Of a DNA stretch of 64,000 bases, positions 45,107 through 54,729 are shown one piece after another. Location: the IMG/VR virus record IMGVR_UViG_3300042383_001692. The stretch is one strand, 5' to 3'. The notes beneath the pieces are model-generated. The model searched no databases. It saw only the letters and a list, made by a program, of their open reading frames with translations, and was not told the origin of the DNA. A program made the translations under genes and the position numbers. Origin of the DNA: an uncultured virus (IMG/VR IMGVR_UViG_3300042383_001692) (taxonomy: Duplodnaviria > Heunggongvirae > Uroviricota > Caudoviricetes). How positions within the stretch are numbered: the stretch's first letter is position 1; every line of letters begins with the position of its first letter.

Positions 45107-45502
45107 ATGTCAAAGGTAACAGTAACTTTGTCGGAGCTTCAACTCCTATACGACGCGTCAGCGAAATGTCTCACTGAGGAATTCGAAGATTACAAGCTTC
45201 GAATCGCGTTTGCTTATTTCAAAAGAGACTCAGAAAGCAACCTGGGGCCTGAAAGCCCAATTCAAAAACTTCGCACGGATATTTTTACCAGATATGGAGA
45301 TCCGGTAGAGGGGGGGTATTCCATTCCCTCAGACCCGGAAAAAAGATCCAAGCTGATTTCCGCTCTTGAGCAGGCGATGTCGGAAAAGGTGTCTGTTCGA
45401 TTTCCAGAGCTGACTGCCGAAATTATTGAAAAGGCAAAGCTTCCCATGAATGCGTCGAGCCTTTCGATATTAATCTCTTTGGGAATTCTGAAGGAGGAAT
45501 AA
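45107..45502 (+). CDS. hypothetical protein
   Basis: 131 aa, coupled to next gene. Confidence 0.65.
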   Translation: MSKVTVTLSELQLLYDASAKCLTEEFEDYKLRIAFAYFKRDSESNLGPESPIQKLRTDIFTRYGDPVEGGYSIPSDPEKRSKLISALEQAMSEKVSVRFPELTAEIIEKAKLPMNASSLSILISLGILKEE

Positions 45503-46551
45503 TGTCCAAAATCAACAACAAGTTCAAGTCTGTGTACGTGCGCTCTTCCGCGGGAGGAAGTCCGATGGGCGAGCTGTATTCCGGCGCAGATGTAACTGTC
45601 AACGAAAGACAGGGCGCCTGGTCGCGAGTTACAGTTGACGGATGGGTTCGTTCGGATTTGATCACCAATTCGGCCCCTCCTCCTCAGCCGGCGGCGCATC
45701 CCTGGCATCACCCCAAATATCTGCTGGGCGTCAGCTGCCTCAACGACCACGTGGCCGGCATGGAAGCTTTGTCCAAGGGATGCCGCAGTGTTCTGTTTAT
45801 GGACGGTCTTCTGGCCGCCATTCAGGCAGCCAAGGCGTATCCCGACGCGGTGATCTTTAACCGCAGCTGGTTCCAGCACGCGCCGGATCCGGTGTGGCTG
45901 GCCGACCATCACGGCGCAGGGCTCAAGGATGTGCCGGGAAACTTGTGGAGCACATGCGCCAACGAATGCGACTGGATCTGCTACGGATCGCCGGAAGAGC
46001 TGCGTCGTCGATTTGAGTACGAGCGAACGTTTGTGCAGGCGTTGTGGGCCAAGAATCCAGCTCGCAAGGTTGTAATTGGCGAGTTTTCTCATGGCACTCC
46101 GGACATCAACAATCCGGAAATCGTCAAAACGTATCGAGATACCTACTACGCATTTGCGCAGCAAAACCCGGATCGCGTGCGCATTGGCTGGCATCTTTAT
46201 ACTAAAGGCCGCCGTCTTTCTTCGCATCCTCAAGATGTAGACGGCGCTCCAATTGCACCGGAATGGTACGAAACGCGCGATGTGACGTTCTGGGCGCGAA
46301 GCGGAGGCAATTTGGCCGTGCGTCACATGTGCGGCGAAACCGGTGTGGAATCGAATCATGGCGGTTTTGCGCACGCCGGCTACAGCGATCAGCAGTTCCG
46401 AGAGTGGTGCAGCTGGTGGCTGGAGACTCGTCGCAATCAGCCAGTGGCAATGGACGCCGCCTGTCTGTTTCAATACGGCGATCATCCTAACTGGCGTGGA
46501 TACAACGTGCGTCGGTTTGCTGGCGTGTTGGAAGAGTTCTGGCGCAGCTAG
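45502..46551 (+). CDS. SH3-domain + glycoside hydrolase-like protein (candidate endolysin)
   Basis: AAGGAGG SD; SH3b-like N-terminus (VRSS..G..V.V....GAWSRV..DGWV), Pro linker, NE and GETG acidic motifs as in clan-A TIM-barrel hydrolases. Confidence 0.65.
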   Translation: MSKINNKFKSVYVRSSAGGSPMGELYSGADVTVNERQGAWSRVTVDGWVRSDLITNSAPPPQPAAHPWHHPKYLLGVSCLNDHVAGMEALSKGCRSVLFMDGLLAAIQAAKAYPDAVIFNRSWFQHAPDPVWLADHHGAGLKDVPGNLWSTCANECDWICYGSPEELRRRFEYERTFVQALWAKNPARKVVIGEFSHGTPDINNPEIVKTYRDTYYAFAQQNPDRVRIGWHLYTKGRRLSSHPQDVDGAPIAPEWYETRDVTFWARSGGNLAVRHMCGETGVESNHGGFAHAGYSDQQFREWCSWWLETRRNQPVAMDAACLFQYGDHPNWRGYNVRRFAGVLEEFWRS

Positions 46552-46769
46552 GTGCCTGGTATCCTATAGGGCATGACGAGTGCGCGCGATCACGTGCGAG
46601 CGCGTCTTTTAAACGGCGGTGCGGCAACCTCTACGGGTTCATTCCCTATGTTGTCATTCAGCACCGCCGTTTGCTATTTAAATTTTTCTTCCAAAACTTT
46701 AATAGCGGAATCCGTTATTAAAGTTTCTTGCGCAAAGATATTCTTGCAACAAACGCTATAATCCTGCGC

Positions 46770-47468
46770 GTGAATAAGATCGTTCTGGGGGGGAAGTTTT
46801 CTTCCATCAACATACGCAGAGAGCCAAAGCTGGGCGACAACGTCATTGGCATCTCTCCTTCCGGCGTGGTCATGGAGGCCATCGGGGAGGAAGGCGATTA
46901 CTACAAGGTCGTCGCGTATGTGCGCAAGGATGCGGCTTCTCCGTTTACTCCTCCCGAGAGAATCCCCTGGGTTAGTCAGGTGGCATCTGCCAACCCTGGC
47001 GCGCTTACGCGCAACGATTGTCAGCAGGCATGTCTGTCCATGATCTTTGAGTGGAAAACTGGTCAGGCTATTACCCCGGATCAGATCACCAAGGATTTGC
47101 AGAATCACCCAAGCTGGTATGAGTTGAACGGAAACTGGATGCCCGGGAGATACACCACGATTCAGCAGGGGGTGAACTGGCTGAACTGGCGCGGCATTCA
47201 GGCAGCCAGAAAGTTCTATCCTCGCAATTCACTGCCTACCGAAGGCTCCATCTCGCTAATCAACTACAGCAAACTGGAAGTCAGAAACGCATACGACAAA
47301 GCTTTCTACAACTCCGCAGAAGCGTTTCACTTTGTTGTCTTTCTTTCCGTAGACAACAGCGGCGTTCTGGTGCATGACCCGCTGTGGCCGGACAAGAGAG
47401 GGGAACAACGCCGGTGGACACGGCAAGAATGGAATGCCGCGTTCACAGGATCAACGGTGCAAGTGTAG
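46770..47468 (+). CDS. SH3 + C39-like cysteine peptidase (candidate lysin)
   Basis: INIRREP SH3-like start; PWVSQ...NDCQQAC...HFVV...VHDP catalytic triad pattern; GTG 7 nt after TATAAT. Confidence 0.75.
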   Translation: MNKIVLGGKFSSINIRREPKLGDNVIGISPSGVVMEAIGEEGDYYKVVAYVRKDAASPFTPPERIPWVSQVASANPGALTRNDCQQACLSMIFEWKTGQAITPDQITKDLQNHPSWYELNGNWMPGRYTTIQQGVNWLNWRGIQAARKFYPRNSLPTEGSISLINYSKLEVRNAYDKAFYNSAEAFHFVVFLSVDNSGVLVHDPLWPDKRGEQRRWTRQEWNAAFTGSTVQV

Positions 47469-47470
47469 AC

Positions 47471-47914
47471 ATGACAGGCTTTACTTTGACCGAGACTGAG
47501 TTCACGGCCCTGGTAGGCCTGATCTCCTCCCTTAGCACTCTGATTGCTACAAGTTTCTTCCGCAAAAAAATTGACGAAGCCAAAGCCAAAAAGATTTCAG
47601 CCGAGGCCATCAACGTGGAAATTAGCGGAGCGAGCCAGATGGCTCAGGTCGCTCTTTCCATTGTGAAGCCACTGCGAGACGAAGTGACGAGACTAGCCGG
47701 TCGCGTTGTCGAAGCAGAAGACAGGATCGTCACTCTTGAGCGCTTGCTGGACGAAGCGCGCAGCCGGGAAGACGAGCTGCTGCGAGCCAAGCGAGATCTC
47801 AAGGAGGAAAACGAGAAGCTCAAGCAGGAGCTGCGTGAGGCGCTGGAGGAGATCAGCCGCCTAAGGACGAGAGTGGCTCACCTGGAGAATCATCGCAATG
47901 GCGAAGAAAGTTGA
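47471..47914 (+). CDS. membrane-anchored coiled-coil protein (holin/lysis accessory-like)
   Basis: one N-terminal hydrophobic helix then long coiled coil, in lysis cluster. Confidence 0.6.
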   Translation: MTGFTLTETEFTALVGLISSLSTLIATSFFRKKIDEAKAKKISAEAINVEISGASQMAQVALSIVKPLRDEVTRLAGRVVEAEDRIVTLERLLDEARSREDELLRAKRDLKEENEKLKQELREALEEISRLRTRVAHLENHRNGEES

Positions 47915-48809
47915 CGCCCGCGTGCGAGCCGAAGTTCTGGAGCTTCATCAGAGGTCTTTAAGCGAAGCAGAACCAGCTTCTGCATCAGAAATCGCTAAAC
48001 AAATTGGCATCTCCAAAGACTCCGCTCAGAAGATTATTCGTCGCTATTCCGAATATGTGGATGTTGATTCTCCTTCCCGCGCAGAGAAAGTATCCCTTCC
48101 CTCTCCTCTGATCAGCGAGAACGACAGCCGCATCATTGTGGCTGACGTGCACGTTCCCGCTGTGGACTGGGAGCTGGCGGAGCTGATTCTGGAGACCGGC
48201 CGCCGGCTCAAGATTCGAGAGCTGGACCTGGTCGGCGACCTGTTCTGCCAGGACATGTTCAGCCGCCATCCCAAGATCGTGCTGGGCCCTTCGTTCCGAG
48301 ACGAGCGCGGAGAAGCCAAGCGCATCATGGCTTACTGGATGCAGCACTTCACGTCCGTGCGCTTCTGCCGCGGCAATCACGACGAGCGCATCCTCAACGC
48401 TATGGACGCACAGATCACCATGGAAGAGCTGCGCGATCTAGTGGCCCCCGACGGCAAGCGTCACCAGATCCAGCCCTCCGTACATATCAAGATGTACGTG
48501 AACTCTCCGAACACAGGGATGTGGTGCCTGATGCACCAGCGTGAATACAGCAAGTATCCGCTTCGCGTAGCCTGCGACTACGCCAGCGAGCTTCAGATGA
48601 ATGTTGTGTGTTGTCATCAGCACCATAACGCCATCGGATCCTACAAGGGGTTTACGGTGGCGGACTGTGGGTGCCTGGCGGATGCCAGTCAGACAGCCTA
48701 CGTGGAGTTGGGAATCAGCCGGCTGCCTCCCTGGCAGCCAGGCTTCCTGGTCATGCACAAGGGAAAGCTGATTCCCTACAACAAGCACGGGCATTACGGA
48801 TTGGAGTAA
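47898..48809 (+). CDS. HTH + calcineurin-like metallophosphoesterase
   Basis: ASEIAKQIGISKDSA HTH; ADVH, GD, GNHD, H-x-H motifs. Confidence 0.85.
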   Translation: MAKKVDARVRAEVLELHQRSLSEAEPASASEIAKQIGISKDSAQKIIRRYSEYVDVDSPSRAEKVSLPSPLISENDSRIIVADVHVPAVDWELAELILETGRRLKIRELDLVGDLFCQDMFSRHPKIVLGPSFRDERGEAKRIMAYWMQHFTSVRFCRGNHDERILNAMDAQITMEELRDLVAPDGKRHQIQPSVHIKMYVNSPNTGMWCLMHQREYSKYPLRVACDYASELQMNVVCCHQHHNAIGSYKGFTVADCGCLADASQTAYVELGISRLPPWQPGFLVMHKGKLIPYNKHGHYGLE

Positions 48810-48946
48810 TCACCTGAACGGTGGAGGAGGTGCGCGAAACACATATTCCAAAACTCCAAGTGCGAGAGCAACTACGACAAACACGATAAATGCGTCAAAA
48901 ATGTTGTTCAAAGTGTCCATGACAAACACTATATACAATTCAAGCC

Positions 48947-49366
48947 ATGCTCGAACTTCAAAGCTTTCTCAACCTCGTCCTGATGTCCCTTGCTCCGATC
49001 CTGGCAACGATTGTTGCGGGAGCGATTGTCGCTGCGGTCAAGGGTTTTCTTCGCAAACTGAATGCCGAACTCGGAGCGTCCCAGCATCAGCTCCTCCTCG
49101 ATATCGTTCGCACGGCCGTCTTATACGCCGAACAGTCCGGTCTGACGGGTGTCATCGAAAAGGCAGGAGAAGAAAAGAAGCGGGAAGCCATCAACTTTAC
49201 CGTTCGGCAACTGGACAAGTATGGTCTCAGCCACGTGAATGTGGATGAGATCAGCCGCCTGATCGAGGCCGCCGTTCAGGATGTGTTCAACCGTGAAAGG
49301 CTGAACATCATGACGGTAATCTCGGAGCCTGAGGAGGTGATCCCATCTCCTGACGAAGACAAGTAG
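48947..49366 (+). CDS. phage holin, LL-H family
   Basis: N-terminal TM; TAVLYAEQ...GEEKKREA...LIEAAV pattern. Confidence 0.8.
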   Translation: MLELQSFLNLVLMSLAPILATIVAGAIVAAVKGFLRKLNAELGASQHQLLLDIVRTAVLYAEQSGLTGVIEKAGEEKKREAINFTVRQLDKYGLSHVNVDEISRLIEAAVQDVFNRERLNIMTVISEPEEVIPSPDEDK

Positions 49367-49372
49367 TCAGGT

Positions 49373-49401
49373 GCCCGGGCACCCAAAAGTGCCCGGGCTT
49401 T
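49373..49401. terminator. terminator hairpin between convergent modules
   Basis: GCCCGGGCAC-6nt-GTGCCCGGGC-TTT. Confidence 0.65.
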
Positions 49402-49420
49402 ATCCTGCAATTTATCTTTT

Positions 49421-49810
49421 TTATTCTGCTTTCCCATCTCCAACAAGATTCTTTTCAACCCAGATCCAGTCTACTTCTTCCTTGTCCCAGGAGAAGCCAC
49501 ATTCGTTGCAGTAACCAGTTGCGTATTCCTCCTGCGGAAGAATTTCGTGAAAGCAGAGAGGGCACAGATCTTCTTCCAAAACGCTCCAGTCCAGCAGCTT
49601 GAAATCCACGGGGTAAAGCTCGTATCGGTCTTTCTTTATGTTGTTTACGGTAGTGTAGACACAAATGCCGACGTTTTCTCCCTCGGCAACAACAAGGGAG
49701 TTTTCCGGCAGGCTGACATCCACGTTTGGATCGTGCTGCCGCAGAATGTTGATGACGTCCACGTCCCTGAGCTCGGTCGATACAATAAATTGATTCAAGA
49801 TTTCCTCCAT
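49421..49810 (-). CDS. Zn-ribbon protein
   Basis: CPLC...CNECG; probable ATG at 49810. Confidence 0.6.
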   Translation of the reverse strand: MEEILNQFIVSTELRDVDVINILRQHDPNVDVSLPENSLVVAEGENVGICVYTTVNNIKKDRYELYPVDFKLLDWSVLEEDLCPLCFHEILPQEEYATGYCNECGFSWDKEEVDWIWVEKNLVGDGKAE

Positions 49811-50130
49811 AGTTTGTCTCCGTCCCAGTGGAATCCGCAGTGCACACAGTTTCCCTTGCTCACTTCCTGATTGTCCAGGGTGAATCCGCAGTCCGGACAC
49901 GAGTCCGGAAGATTTTCAAACTGCATGCGGCTTACTTCCAGCTCTCTCCACGGCTCGCTGCTCTTCCAATCTCCGGGCACCTGATAGATGCGTGTGAAGC
50001 AGTCCTGATACCAGACAGCCAGACGAATGCTTTCGTTTGCCTCCAAAAAAGAAGCGCCGGGATCCTTGCTTTGCAGCAAATCATGAAGCTCGTCTTCAGA
50101 CAGGGATGTGTATACGGTGAACGATTTCAT
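49795..50130 (-). CDS. Zn-ribbon protein
   Basis: CPDCG...CVHCG, paralogous to neighbour. Confidence 0.6.
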   Translation of the reverse strand: MKSFTVYTSLSEDELHDLLQSKDPGASFLEANESIRLAVWYQDCFTRIYQVPGDWKSSEPWRELEVSRMQFENLPDSCPDCGFTLDNQEVSKGNCVHCGFHWDGDKLWRKS

Positions 50131-50414
50131 TCTTCATCATCTCCATCCATTCTGATCCAAGCGTCCTTGTAGGAGAGCAGAGCGCCGATGCGCTCCACAA
50201 GCTGCTTATCACTGGCCGCCTGCTTGGTAAACCCGCAGCGCGTCATGGCATCTCCCTTGCGATTCAGATTGAACACGCACTGATTGAGAAGGGAAAGCGT
50301 GTAGTTCAACTCAATCTTTAGGGACATGCATTCCTTTTCGAGCGCCGCCTTCCTTTCGCGCTCCCGTTTGTACTGCGTTTCGTAGGCGATTTCCAGTGCA
50401 TCTTTCTGATCCAT
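50127..50414 (-). CDS. hypothetical coiled-coil protein
   Basis: GGAGG SD, coupled ORF. Confidence 0.65.
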   Translation of the reverse strand: MDQKDALEIAYETQYKRERERKAALEKECMSLKIELNYTLSLLNQCVFNLNRKGDAMTRCGFTKQAASDKQLVERIGALLSYKDAWIRMDGDDEE

Positions 50415-50738
50415 CTATTCCTCCGGCATGGTAAAAAGGTTTTCTTTCTTTATCTGGGAATTTTCAATGCCGACCTTGGCCTTCATAACGGCCCGGTACA
50501 CCTTTTCTAAGGTGCTCTCCTCCTCCAGCATGTGCGCGCACGCCTTCCAGTCCTTGAGCTCCGTCCACGGAATCATGTTTTCTCCTGCAATTTCATACAT
50601 GATCAGGGCGTAGTCTCTCAGGATCTTTCGAATTTCCATCTTGTCGTATCGCTCCAAACCAACGCGAAAGGCAACGTTGATGGCAGTTCTGGAAATGTCT
50701 TCCGCGGAAACCAGATACTTTTCTTCCATCTTAATCAT
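50415..50738 (-). CDS. hypothetical protein
   Basis: ATG 50738 lies downstream of terminator hairpin. Confidence 0.6.
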   Translation of the reverse strand: MIKMEEKYLVSAEDISRTAINVAFRVGLERYDKMEIRKILRDYALIMYEIAGENMIPWTELKDWKACAHMLEEESTLEKVYRAVMKAKVGIENSQIKKENLFTMPEE

Positions 50739-50745
50739 GGCAATA

Positions 50746-50774
50746 AAAAGCCGCCGCTTGTTGGGCGGCGGCTT
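50746..50774 (-). terminator. rho-independent terminator
   Basis: AAGCCGCCGC-7nt-GCGGCGGCTT followed by T-run on - strand. Confidence 0.7.
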
Positions 50775-50827
50775 GAACACGGGCGCTAAATCATCTTTTT
50801 TGTCTTAAGTGGAATATTTTTAGCGCT

Positions 50828-50971
50828 CTACGACCAATCGGGATCAGATTGTGAGATCAGCATAACAAAAAATATAATCATGACCCCGAGAGGAGGAAAG
50901 CAAAAGCAGGTAAATATTCCAATTAAAACAATTGCCTGCAGCATTCTTTTTTTCTTTTCTCTGTTTGTCAT
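50828..50971 (-). CDS. small membrane protein (47 aa; not in ORF track)
   Basis: MTNREKKKRMLQAIVLIGIFTCFCFPPLGVMIIFFVMLISQSDPDWS; ATGA overlap with ERF stop. Confidence 0.6.
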   Translation of the reverse strand: MTNREKKKRMLQAIVLIGIFTCFCFPPLGVMIIFFVMLISQSDPDWS

Positions 50972-51603
50972 TGCAGAATATTGATTCCTGCCGCTTCTGC
51001 TACCGCGGCAAATCCCTTTGTGCGCAGCGCATCTACCTGCTTGCGCAGGCCCTTAGCGTCAACAATGGCCCACAGCGCCGCCCAGTCGTTGTTGCGCACA
51101 GAGTTTGGAGCGGGGGTGGAGGCTGCCATCTTGGCCATCACAGGAGAAACGCTCTCGTTGCCGCTGGCCAGGTTGCCGTCGTCGTCCACATCGCCGGTGG
51201 TGATGCCGAGCGCGGCCTGCAGCCCGTAACGGCGGGCGTAGCTGCTGGCGCTGCCCCAGCCCTGCGGAGTGACGACGCCGTTCTTGTCCGGCACGGCGTC
51301 CAGAGGGAAGAAGCTCTCGATCCACTGCCCGCTCTTGTGCATGATGCAGGTGGACAGCACCATGCGGAATTCCGTCTTGAACCCGGCTTCGCTTTCCCCG
51401 TTTGCGCCCACCAGCGTCCCACCCTGCGTGAAGCTCAGACCAAGCTCCTCAAGGTGCGGACGGATGGAGTCCACCACATCTTCCAGCGGCGTATAGCGGC
51501 TCTTGAAAAACGGGTTGGATGCGCTCTTGTCCACCGTGCGCATGCGGCTTTGCAGCACACTGATCGCTGCGGCAATCTGGTCAATCTGTTCACTGTGCAT
51601 CAT
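50968..51603 (-). CDS. erf: ERF-family ssDNA annealing protein
   Basis: NPFFKSRY, HKSGQWI, PQGWGSASSYARRY, DDDGN. Confidence 0.92.
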   Translation of the reverse strand: MMHSEQIDQIAAAISVLQSRMRTVDKSASNPFFKSRYTPLEDVVDSIRPHLEELGLSFTQGGTLVGANGESEAGFKTEFRMVLSTCIMHKSGQWIESFFPLDAVPDKNGVVTPQGWGSASSYARRYGLQAALGITTGDVDDDGNLASGNESVSPVMAKMAASTPAPNSVRNNDWAALWAIVDAKGLRKQVDALRTKGFAAVAEAAGINILQ

Positions 51604-51937
51604 AAATAAGTCTCTCCAGCGGCTCTCGCCATTTGATTGAATCAAGGAACGTCTGAATTCGTTCCTTGCCATAGTAAGCCACAAGGTATGCTCTTGCAGC
51701 GTATTTCACTTTTCGGGGAAGGTTCAGGTTCTGCTCTGCGGAGAGCATCACCATATTTTCTTCCACAAAAATCTTCTGACGATCTTCGTTCGATCGCTGT
51801 CTCACATCCGCCCGCGAAACCAATGCTTCATGGCAATGTTCCGCGGGCAGTCGATCACGGCGATCATGGGCGGGATCGAGGATGTGCAACCCCTTGGCGT
51901 CGACGACGGACCATTCGTCTCTACGCATCACCTTCAT
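51590..51937 (-). CDS. hypothetical protein (possibly degenerate HNH/NinG-like)
   Basis: HCHE...EENMVML segment; probable ATG 51937. Confidence 0.45.
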   Translation of the reverse strand: MKVMRRDEWSVVDAKGLHILDPAHDRRDRLPAEHCHEALVSRADVRQRSNEDRQKIFVEENMVMLSAEQNLNLPRKVKYAARAYLVAYYGKERIQTFLDSIKWREPLERLIYDAQ

Positions 51938-52223
51938 TCGAATCACTTCTCTTTGGGATCCATTCGCAGACTTCACAGAGGGCGTTGATTTCTCCCTGCG
52001 TGAGCTCTTTGAATGATTCGATGTTTCTACGGAGGAGGTTTCCTGCGATCTGGAGTCTGAGCTTTTTGTTCTTGCCGATGCGGCTTTCCCATTTCTGCGC
52101 AAGGGCTTTCGGCGTAATCTTCGTGTGTTTTCCATGGCATTTCAAGTAATTGACGGCAGAGGTCAACCACTCAGGCGGATTTTCAAGGTTACTTGCCGTA
52201 ACCGTACGCATTTCGCCCAACAA
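51921..52223 (-). CDS. hypothetical protein
   Basis: coupled ORF; start uncertain. Confidence 0.5.
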   Translation of the reverse strand: MLGEMRTVTASNLENPPEWLTSAVNYLKCHGKHTKITPKALAQKWESRIGKNKKLRLQIAGNLLRRNIESFKELTQGEINALCEVCEWIPKRSDSNEGDA

Positions 52224-52425
52224 AAATCACCTCCGAGTCGTAAACTGTAAATACTTTGTCTTCTTCGTATTCCGGGTGCACGTCAAACGCATTGTCGCCG
52301 TAGACGTAGCGATCTGCAAGGCCGCAAAACAGCCAGATCTCATCCTTTCCCCTACTATAGGTGGGCTTCTCAAAAGAAAAAAGATCTCCCGGCATCAGAT
52401 TCTTCAAACGAGATTTGGTTTTCAT
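52189..52425 (-). CDS. hypothetical protein
   Basis: GGAGG SD before ATG overlapping primase stop. Confidence 0.55.
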   Translation of the reverse strand: MKTKSRLKNLMPGDLFSFEKPTYSRGKDEIWLFCGLADRYVYGDNAFDVHPEYEEDKVFTVYDSEVIFVGRNAYGYGK

Positions 52426-53363
52426 TTTTCCTCCAAAACTGGCAGAAGAGACAACCTCTGCACCAGTTCTCTTGTGCGATCCTGCGGAGCTATGGATCGC
52501 AGCCACTCTCCAAAATCCTTATATCCTTCCGGTGCACGAACAATCCGACCTCGTCCGATGTCGTGCAGTCGTGAAATGGCAATCAGCTCTCCCGGTTCGT
52601 CGTTCTGTGCAATCACGTAGATGGAAGGAATGTGACGAATGTGCGCCATCCATTCCGGCCTCCAAGCCATCCCGGAATTGTTGCCGCTGAATGGACAAAT
52701 GGTCGGAAACCCATGCTGGGTAAGCAGCATAGTGTCGATTTCTCCCTCGTCGATCAGCACAAACGGGATGTCTCTACGCACATCAGCGATGTTGAACACA
52801 ACGTTGTTTACGCCTCCCTTTTCGGAGATGTATTTTGAGTAAGACTTTCCTTGCTTTTTGAGATACTTTTCTCGTTCAGGGTCAATGCGGTACTTGATGC
52901 CGTACAGCTTGCCGTCGACAAAGCAAGGGATTGCATAGCGGTGATACTTCCTGTGAAACCCAAGTCGGTATCGCTGTATCGTTTGAGGGGTGAGTCCACG
53001 AGAAGTAAAGAAAGCCTCCCTGCCAGCCAGATCGGCTTCCAGCTGCACAACGAGTTCGGCGGCAATTTCAGGTTCTCTTTTCTCATATACTTTTGTGTAG
53101 CTTCTGCGCTCCACTATGCTGTTTTGTGGAGTCTGGATTTTTGCCCATGCTCCACAAAACCGGCACCACACATGAGGAGGACCTTTCCTTTCGGAAAAGT
53201 CAATCACCATTCGGTCCCCAAAATTCTTGCCGTCGTTCGGGCACTGGGCGTGGAACTCCGCTCCTGCTTTCCGGAGGTGTCTCCACTCGGTCCACTGGCT
53301 GGGGTTGAGGGGCGGGCCGATCCGACAGTTCAACAGACGAGAGTCTTCTAGGATCAAATTCAT
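52422..53363 (-). CDS. DNA primase (Zn finger + TOPRIM)
   Basis: AAGGAG SD; CP...WCRFC; RGL; EGEID, QNDEPG, KDFGEW. Confidence 0.88.
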   Translation of the reverse strand: MNLILEDSRLLNCRIGPPLNPSQWTEWRHLRKAGAEFHAQCPNDGKNFGDRMVIDFSERKGPPHVWCRFCGAWAKIQTPQNSIVERRSYTKVYEKREPEIAAELVVQLEADLAGREAFFTSRGLTPQTIQRYRLGFHRKYHRYAIPCFVDGKLYGIKYRIDPEREKYLKKQGKSYSKYISEKGGVNNVVFNIADVRRDIPFVLIDEGEIDTMLLTQHGFPTICPFSGNNSGMAWRPEWMAHIRHIPSIYVIAQNDEPGELIAISRLHDIGRGRIVRAPEGYKDFGEWLRSIAPQDRTRELVQRLSLLPVLEEK

Positions 53364-54729
53364 AGATTGCACTCCTTGGACCGTCTCGGAAAAGAGGAAA
53401 TTTCAATCCTTCTTTTCCGGTAAACGAGTCTTTCACTACGATTCCTTCCCCAATGCAGCTGAAAGTGCCAGGCCGATCATGAATTTCAACTTTGGACAAC
53501 GGAGCGGTGATGCGCCTGGGGGTCTCCACCATCTTGAAATTCAGGGAGATGCCGAGGTTGGCGCGGTGCTTAAAACGCACGGAATCCATGCCGTTCTCTA
53601 GGCGCAGGCTCTGCTCGCCGCTGATGCGGCCATCTACTATCTTGGGAGACGCCTCCTTGCCGGTCTGCAGCACTACCCACACCACCTTGTTCTGAGATGT
53701 TGCGTATTCCTTCAGGGTGGTAAGTGCATAGCCCACGGCATCGGTTTTATTGGAATCAAAATGTTTGCCAAACATCTTGCTGCGGCTGAGATCCAGCATG
53801 TCGAAGTAGTCGATGAAGATGTGCGCGTTGATCGGCAGCGCCTGGCGAACGATGTCGTCCACGGTTCTTCCACCGCACATATAGTCGCGAATCAAACCGC
53901 CTCCTCGATAGCGCATCAAAGCGTCTTCCACCTTCTTTTTGTCAGCGGTGCCTTTGTTGAGATCATCCCAGCGCACGTCCTTGCTGTACTTGGTGATGCG
54001 GCGCCACAGCATGACGCGCGGCGGCAACTCCGTCGAACAGTTCAGGATGTTGTGCTTGTGGACAATTGCCCAGTGATCGACTATCTGTGAGACAAACAGG
54101 GATTTTCCGACGCCGGACTGAGCAATCAAGGCAGCCAGAATACCCGGTTCGATCTCCGGGATGTTGTGGCTGAGCGTGGCAAAGATGGGCGGCCACGAGA
54201 GAATTTTGTTCTCCGTGTACAGCACTCGTCGCTGCTCCATGTATTGTTCAGCGTTTGCCGTCCAGTTGGTGGAATCGGAAAACGCGTCCGGTCGTTCTAC
54301 GGAATTTCCCGCAATGGCAGCGGCTTGATCCGCTGCGTCATGGAGTGTGATCCGATGCAGTCTGAGCTGATCTACGATGTGCTGAAACTTCTCTTCCCCC
54401 GCGACCTGGTCGTACGACTCGCAGAGTTGTCGATACACCGGATCGGGGAGCACGGGCTTTCCGTCGAGAGTCCAGCGGGTGGCGAGCGACAGAATCTCTG
54501 CGTTGACCAGGTCGGGAGTGGCTCCGGTCTGTCCCAAGCGCGCCATATGCTCGGCAATGGCCACTGGGTTGGCAGCCCTTACTTTGCTCAGGGCCTGCCA
54601 TGCAGCTCGCCCGAGATGATCCTTGCTTTTCAGGAAGATCTCGTCGGCTCGCTCGTATTCTTCGGGGGAGCGGCCGGCATATGCGACCGCTCCGATCAGT
54701 TGTCTGCCTAGAAAATGCAGTTGACTCAT
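53200..54729 (-). CDS. DnaB-like replicative helicase
   Basis: Walker A AQSGVGKS, STE, Walker B IFIDYF, LQ motif; adjacent to primase. Confidence 0.85.
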   Translation of the reverse strand: MSQLHFLGRQLIGAVAYAGRSPEEYERADEIFLKSKDHLGRAAWQALSKVRAANPVAIAEHMARLGQTGATPDLVNAEILSLATRWTLDGKPVLPDPVYRQLCESYDQVAGEEKFQHIVDQLRLHRITLHDAADQAAAIAGNSVERPDAFSDSTNWTANAEQYMEQRRVLYTENKILSWPPIFATLSHNIPEIEPGILAALIAQSGVGKSLFVSQIVDHWAIVHKHNILNCSTELPPRVMLWRRITKYSKDVRWDDLNKGTADKKKVEDALMRYRGGGLIRDYMCGGRTVDDIVRQALPINAHIFIDYFDMLDLSRSKMFGKHFDSNKTDAVGYALTTLKEYATSQNKVVWVVLQTGKEASPKIVDGRISGEQSLRLENGMDSVRFKHRANLGISLNFKMVETPRRITAPLSKVEIHDRPGTFSCIGEGIVVKDSFTGKEGLKFPLFRDGPRSAIYEFDPRRLSSVELSDRPAPQPQPVDRVETPPESRSGVPRPVPERRQEFWGPNGD

